DNA from: Gemmatimonadaceae bacterium | GTDB lineage: Bacteria > Gemmatimonadota > Gemmatimonadetes > Gemmatimonadales > Gemmatimonadaceae | Reading direction: 5' to 3' | DNA length: 64,000 nt | NCBI GenBank assembly: GCA_040902005.1 | Contig: JBBDYA010000045.1 | Span: forward strand, 99,933-163,932 | In this document: piece after piece, positions 60,926 to 64,000 of the stretch | How positions within the stretch are numbered: the stretch's first letter is position 1 | Layout: each line of letters starts with the position of its first letter | The notes under the pieces: model-generated | The model's database searches: none | The model's input: the letters and a program-made list of their open reading frames with translations, nothing else | What the model was told of the DNA's origin: nothing | Position numbers and translations under genes: made by a program

Positions 60926-62041
60926 GTGAACGCCGAACACCTGTACATCCATGTGCCCTTCTGCACCAGGCGATGTGTGTACTGCGATTTCTCGATTGCC
61001 GTACGCGCGAGCGTGCCGGTGCGGGAGTTCGTCGCGGCGGTGGGGAATGAGTGGGACTGTCGCCACCGCGAGTCGCGCTTCGACCTGGCAACGCTGTATT
61101 TCGGTGGAGGCACGCCGTCGAAACTGGGCGGCGACGGCGTGGCGCGGCTGATGGACGTGGTCCGTCAGCGCGCGACCATTCGTGCGGACGCCGAGATTAC
61201 GCTTGAAGTGAATCCCGAGGATGTGACCCCGGATGCCGTCACCATGTGGCGCTCGGCCGGCATCAACCGCCTCTCCCTCGGCATACAGTCCTTTGATCCG
61301 GGGCTCCTGGCATGGATGCATCGCACCCATGACGCGGACGCCGCGCACCGCGCGATTGCCGTGGCCAGGGATGCGGGCATGGACGATATCTCCATCGATC
61401 TGATCTTCGCGACGCCCGCGGCCCTGCGCCGATCGTGGCTCGCGGATCTCGACGCCGCGGTGCGTCTCAACCTTCCGCACGTGTCCATCTATGGCCTTAC
61501 GGTGGAACCCCGCACGCCGCTCGGTCGGCTGGTCGCCCGGAACGACATCGCCGAGGCGGCTGAGGAAACCTTCGAGGAGGAGTTTCTGATGGCAGATGCG
61601 AGGTTCACCGCCGCCGGCTGGCAGCACTACGAGGTTTCCAACTACGGGAAGCCGGGCCACCATTCCCGGCACAACTGGTCCTACTGGCAGCGACGACCGT
61701 ATGGCGGGCTGGGGCCGTCGGCGCACGAGTTCGACGGAAGGCAACGGCGATGGAACGTGGCACCGTACGCCGAGTGGTCGGAAAGAACCACGACGGGCAT
61801 GTCCTCGACCGCAGGCAGTGAGGATCTCGATGAGGCGCAGGTCAGCGCCGAGCAGATCTATCTCGGGCTGCGCACCAATACGGGAGTGGCGCTTTCGCCG
61901 TCGGAGCGCGACCATGTGGCATCATGGATCCGATCGGGTTGGGCCACGGTGTCGGACGATTCGTTGCTGCGGCTCTCTGCCACTGGCTGGCTGCGCCTGG
62001 ATGCCTTGGCGGGCGACTTGACTCACTTGCGAAGTCGTTAG
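60926..62041 (+). CDS. hemW: Radical SAM heme chaperone HemW
   Basis: LYIHVPFCTRRCVYCDF, GGGTPS, YEVSN, HNWSYW (HNxxYW); upstream of hrcA. Confidence 0.9.
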   Translation: MNAEHLYIHVPFCTRRCVYCDFSIAVRASVPVREFVAAVGNEWDCRHRESRFDLATLYFGGGTPSKLGGDGVARLMDVVRQRATIRADAEITLEVNPEDVTPDAVTMWRSAGINRLSLGIQSFDPGLLAWMHRTHDADAAHRAIAVARDAGMDDISIDLIFATPAALRRSWLADLDAAVRLNLPHVSIYGLTVEPRTPLGRLVARNDIAEAAEETFEEEFLMADARFTAAGWQHYEVSNYGKPGHHSRHNWSYWQRRPYGGLGPSAHEFDGRQRRWNVAPYAEWSERTTTGMSSTAGSEDLDEAQVSAEQIYLGLRTNTGVALSPSERDHVASWIRSGWATVSDDSLLRLSATGWLRLDALAGDLTHLRSR

Positions 62042-62047
62042 TAGGTT
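62014..62047 (+). promoter_or_regulatory. Candidate leaderless hrcA promoter inside the hemW 3' end
   Basis: TTGACT (62018-62023)-N18-TAGGTT (62042-62047), 7 nt before ATG 62055; CGACTT-N12-AAGTCG inverted repeat. Confidence 0.5.
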
Positions 62048-62054
62048 TGAACTT

Positions 62055-63104
62055 ATGAGCCCCGTAGAGCAGCTCTCCAAGCGTGAACGCCGGGTGCTGG
62101 AGGCTGTCATTCAAACGTATGTTCAGACTGCGGAGCCCGCTGGCTCGCGCACACTCTCGCGGCACTTCGGGCTGGGGGTGTCTCCAGCCACGATTCGCAA
62201 CACGATGAGCGACCTTGAGGAGAAAGGGTTTCTCTTCCATCCGCATACGTCCGCGGGCCGCGTGCCGACCAACAAGGCGTACCGCGCCTACGTGGATGCG
62301 CTGCTCGGCAGTCCGCAGCCCGTCGCTTCTGCCGAGCGCGATCAGCTCACGGTGGCACTGAGTGCGACCGGCTCCCCGATCGAAAGCATCCTGCGTCGCG
62401 CTGCACAGAGCCTCGGCATTCTGACGCAGGAGCTTGGCGTCGCAATGGGTCCGCGTCTCGCGATGTCGGTGCTGCGCAGCCTCGACCTGGTCCGCGTGAG
62501 CAGTGAACGCCTGCTCATGGTGCTTGCGCTCGAGGGGGGCGCCGTGCGCACCGTGTTCGTGGAAGTGGCCGGATCCATCGCCGAAACGGCACTTGCCGAA
62601 GTCACAAAGGTATTGAACGAGCGGCTGGCGGGTCTCACCATGGAGCAGATCCGCACCTCGCTCGCCGAACGGCTGCGCGACACGATCTCGGTGCCGGATG
62701 CGCGCGAGTTGCTGAACATCTTCGTGGAGGAGGCGGAGGTCCTGTTCGACGAACAGATCGCGATTGCCGAAGGGCAGGTACTGCTGGGCCAGGCCTCTGT
62801 GCTGGTGGACCAGCCCGAGTTCGCGGCGGCGGACCGGATGCGCCGGCTGATCGAGCTGACGGAGCGTCCCCAGGCCCTGGCGGACATTCTGCGCCATCGA
62901 GGCGCGACCGCGGGGATATCCATCACGATCGGTACGGAGCACGACGACGAGCGTCTGCGCGACTTCACCGTGGTCACGGCCGAGTATCACACTGCCTCGC
63001 TCGCCGGCATCATCGGCGTGATCGGGCCCACCCGCATGCCGTATGAAAAGGTGATCTCCCTCGTCAGCCATACCTCCCAGTTGCTCTCCGACCTTCTGGA
63101 CTGA
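62055..63104 (+). CDS. hrcA: Heat-inducible transcription repressor HrcA
   Basis: [39 protein letters not shown]. Confidence 0.95.
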   Translation: MSPVEQLSKRERRVLEAVIQTYVQTAEPAGSRTLSRHFGLGVSPATIRNTMSDLEEKGFLFHPHTSAGRVPTNKAYRAYVDALLGSPQPVASAERDQLTVALSATGSPIESILRRAAQSLGILTQELGVAMGPRLAMSVLRSLDLVRVSSERLLMVLALEGGAVRTVFVEVAGSIAETALAEVTKVLNERLAGLTMEQIRTSLAERLRDTISVPDARELLNIFVEEAEVLFDEQIAIAEGQVLLGQASVLVDQPEFAAADRMRRLIELTERPQALADILRHRGATAGISITIGTEHDDERLRDFTVVTAEYHTASLAGIIGVIGPTRMPYEKVISLVSHTSQLLSDLLD

Positions 63105-63108
63105 CAGG

Positions 63109-64000
63109 ATGGCCGACTACTACGAGGTACTCGGCGTTGTGCGTACGGCGACCGAAGAGGACATCAAGAGTGCCTATCGCAAGCTCGCGATGCGCTGGCA
63201 TCCGGACCGCAACAATGGATCGAAGGAGTCCGAGGAACAGTTCAAGGACCTGACGGAAGCGTACGACGTGCTACGCGATCCGCAGAAGCGCGCGGCCTAC
63301 GATCGCTATGGCGAGGCCGGGTTGCGGGCAGGCGGCATGTCGGGAGGGTTCCATCATTTCGACTTGTCCGAGGCGCTCAACGTCTTCATGCGGGACTTCG
63401 GCATGAGCGGCTTTGCCGGATTTGGGCAGGCGCAGGCGACGGATCGGAGCGGCGCCGACGTGAAGATCACGCTCGAACTCACGCTTGCGGAGGTGGCCAG
63501 CGGCGCCGAAAAGGCCGTCACCCTGAAGCTGCTGGACCCGTGCGGCACGTGCGAGGGAAGCGGGGCGGAGCCGGGGTCGCGCGCGCAGAGCTGTCCCACC
63601 TGCGCCGGGGTTGGTGAAGTGCGTCGTCCGCAGCGAAGCTTCTTCGGGCAGGTCCTGATGGTGACGCCGTGCCCGTCATGCAAAGGGGAGGGCAGTCTCA
63701 TTGCGTCGCCATGCAAGGCGTGCCGGGGCGACGGACGCCTGCGCGCGGATCGCGAGCTCAAGATCACCGTTCCCCCTGGTGTCGCCACGGGCCAGTACAT
63801 GACGTTGCGGGACGTGGGCAATGTCGGGTCGCGGGGCGGCAAGCGGGGTGACGTGCACGTCGTATTCGAGGTCGCCGACGATCCGCGTTTCGAGCGCGAT
63901 GGGGAGGATCTCTACACCGAGATTCTGGTGACCTACCCGCAACTGACGCTTGGCGCCGAGGTCGCGGCGCCGACGGTCAACGGCAGCGTCAATCTCAAGG
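63109..64000 (+). CDS. dnaJ: Chaperone DnaJ (3' truncated by window; absent from the supplied ORF track)
   Basis: Manual translation: [10 protein letters not shown]...[15 protein letters not shown]-domain, G/F region, four CxxCxGxG repeats. Confidence 0.95.
   Translation, partial: MADYYEVLGVVRTATEEDIKSAYRKLAMRWHPDRNNGSKESEEQFKDLTEAYDVLRDPQKRAAYDRYGEAGLRAGGMSGGFHHFDLSEALNVFMRDFGMSGFAGFGQAQATDRSGADVKITLELTLAEVASGAEKAVTLKLLDPCGTCEGSGAEPGSRAQSCPTCAGVGEVRRPQRSFFGQVLMVTPCPSCKGEGSLIASPCKACRGDGRLRADRELKITVPPGVATGQYMTLRDVGNVGSRGGKRGDVHVVFEVADDPRFERDGEDLYTEILVTYPQLTLGAEVAAPTVNGSVNLK

Overview
High-GC, gene-dense bacterial chromosome segment, mostly + strand. Gene content and order suggest Gemmatimonadota (inference, not verified). 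Most of the window is core housekeeping: lptD-like (partial), hutH-hutU-radical SAM-hutI, two long TPR proteins, polyprenyl synthase, tatA, surA-like, aroQ-pepP-accB-pilT-accC-comB-ftsK, yraN-recA-recX-alaS, gmhA, cca, rarA, hflX, hldA-like, mlaEFD, an SLBB polysaccharide exporter, obgE-dprA-hemW-hrcA-dnaJ (partial), tRNA-Ile2(CAT) and tRNA-Val(CAC). The standout is an 11.4-kb block (38157-49587) that reads as a complete candidate sphingolipid (ceramide) pathway. It encodes a single-chain fatty acyl-AMP ligase-ACP-alpha-oxoamine synthase (SPT-like) fusion, its own Sfp-type PPTase, a CerR-like reductase and a bCerS-like GNAT N-acyltransferase. It also carries an AUR1/IPC-synthase-like PAP2 enzyme, a GT4 + deacetylase + MprF-type membrane module and a Wzi-like outer-membrane protein. 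These genes are interdigitated on both strands, and two divergent genes share one CATG for their start codons. Other signals: a recurring leaderless-promoter pattern, a direct-repeat candidate SOS box at recA, a long symmetric hairpin between recA and recX, and a possible AUC start for hflX. No integrase, transposase or CRISPR array was seen. All assignments are from motif reading only; no database searches were run.
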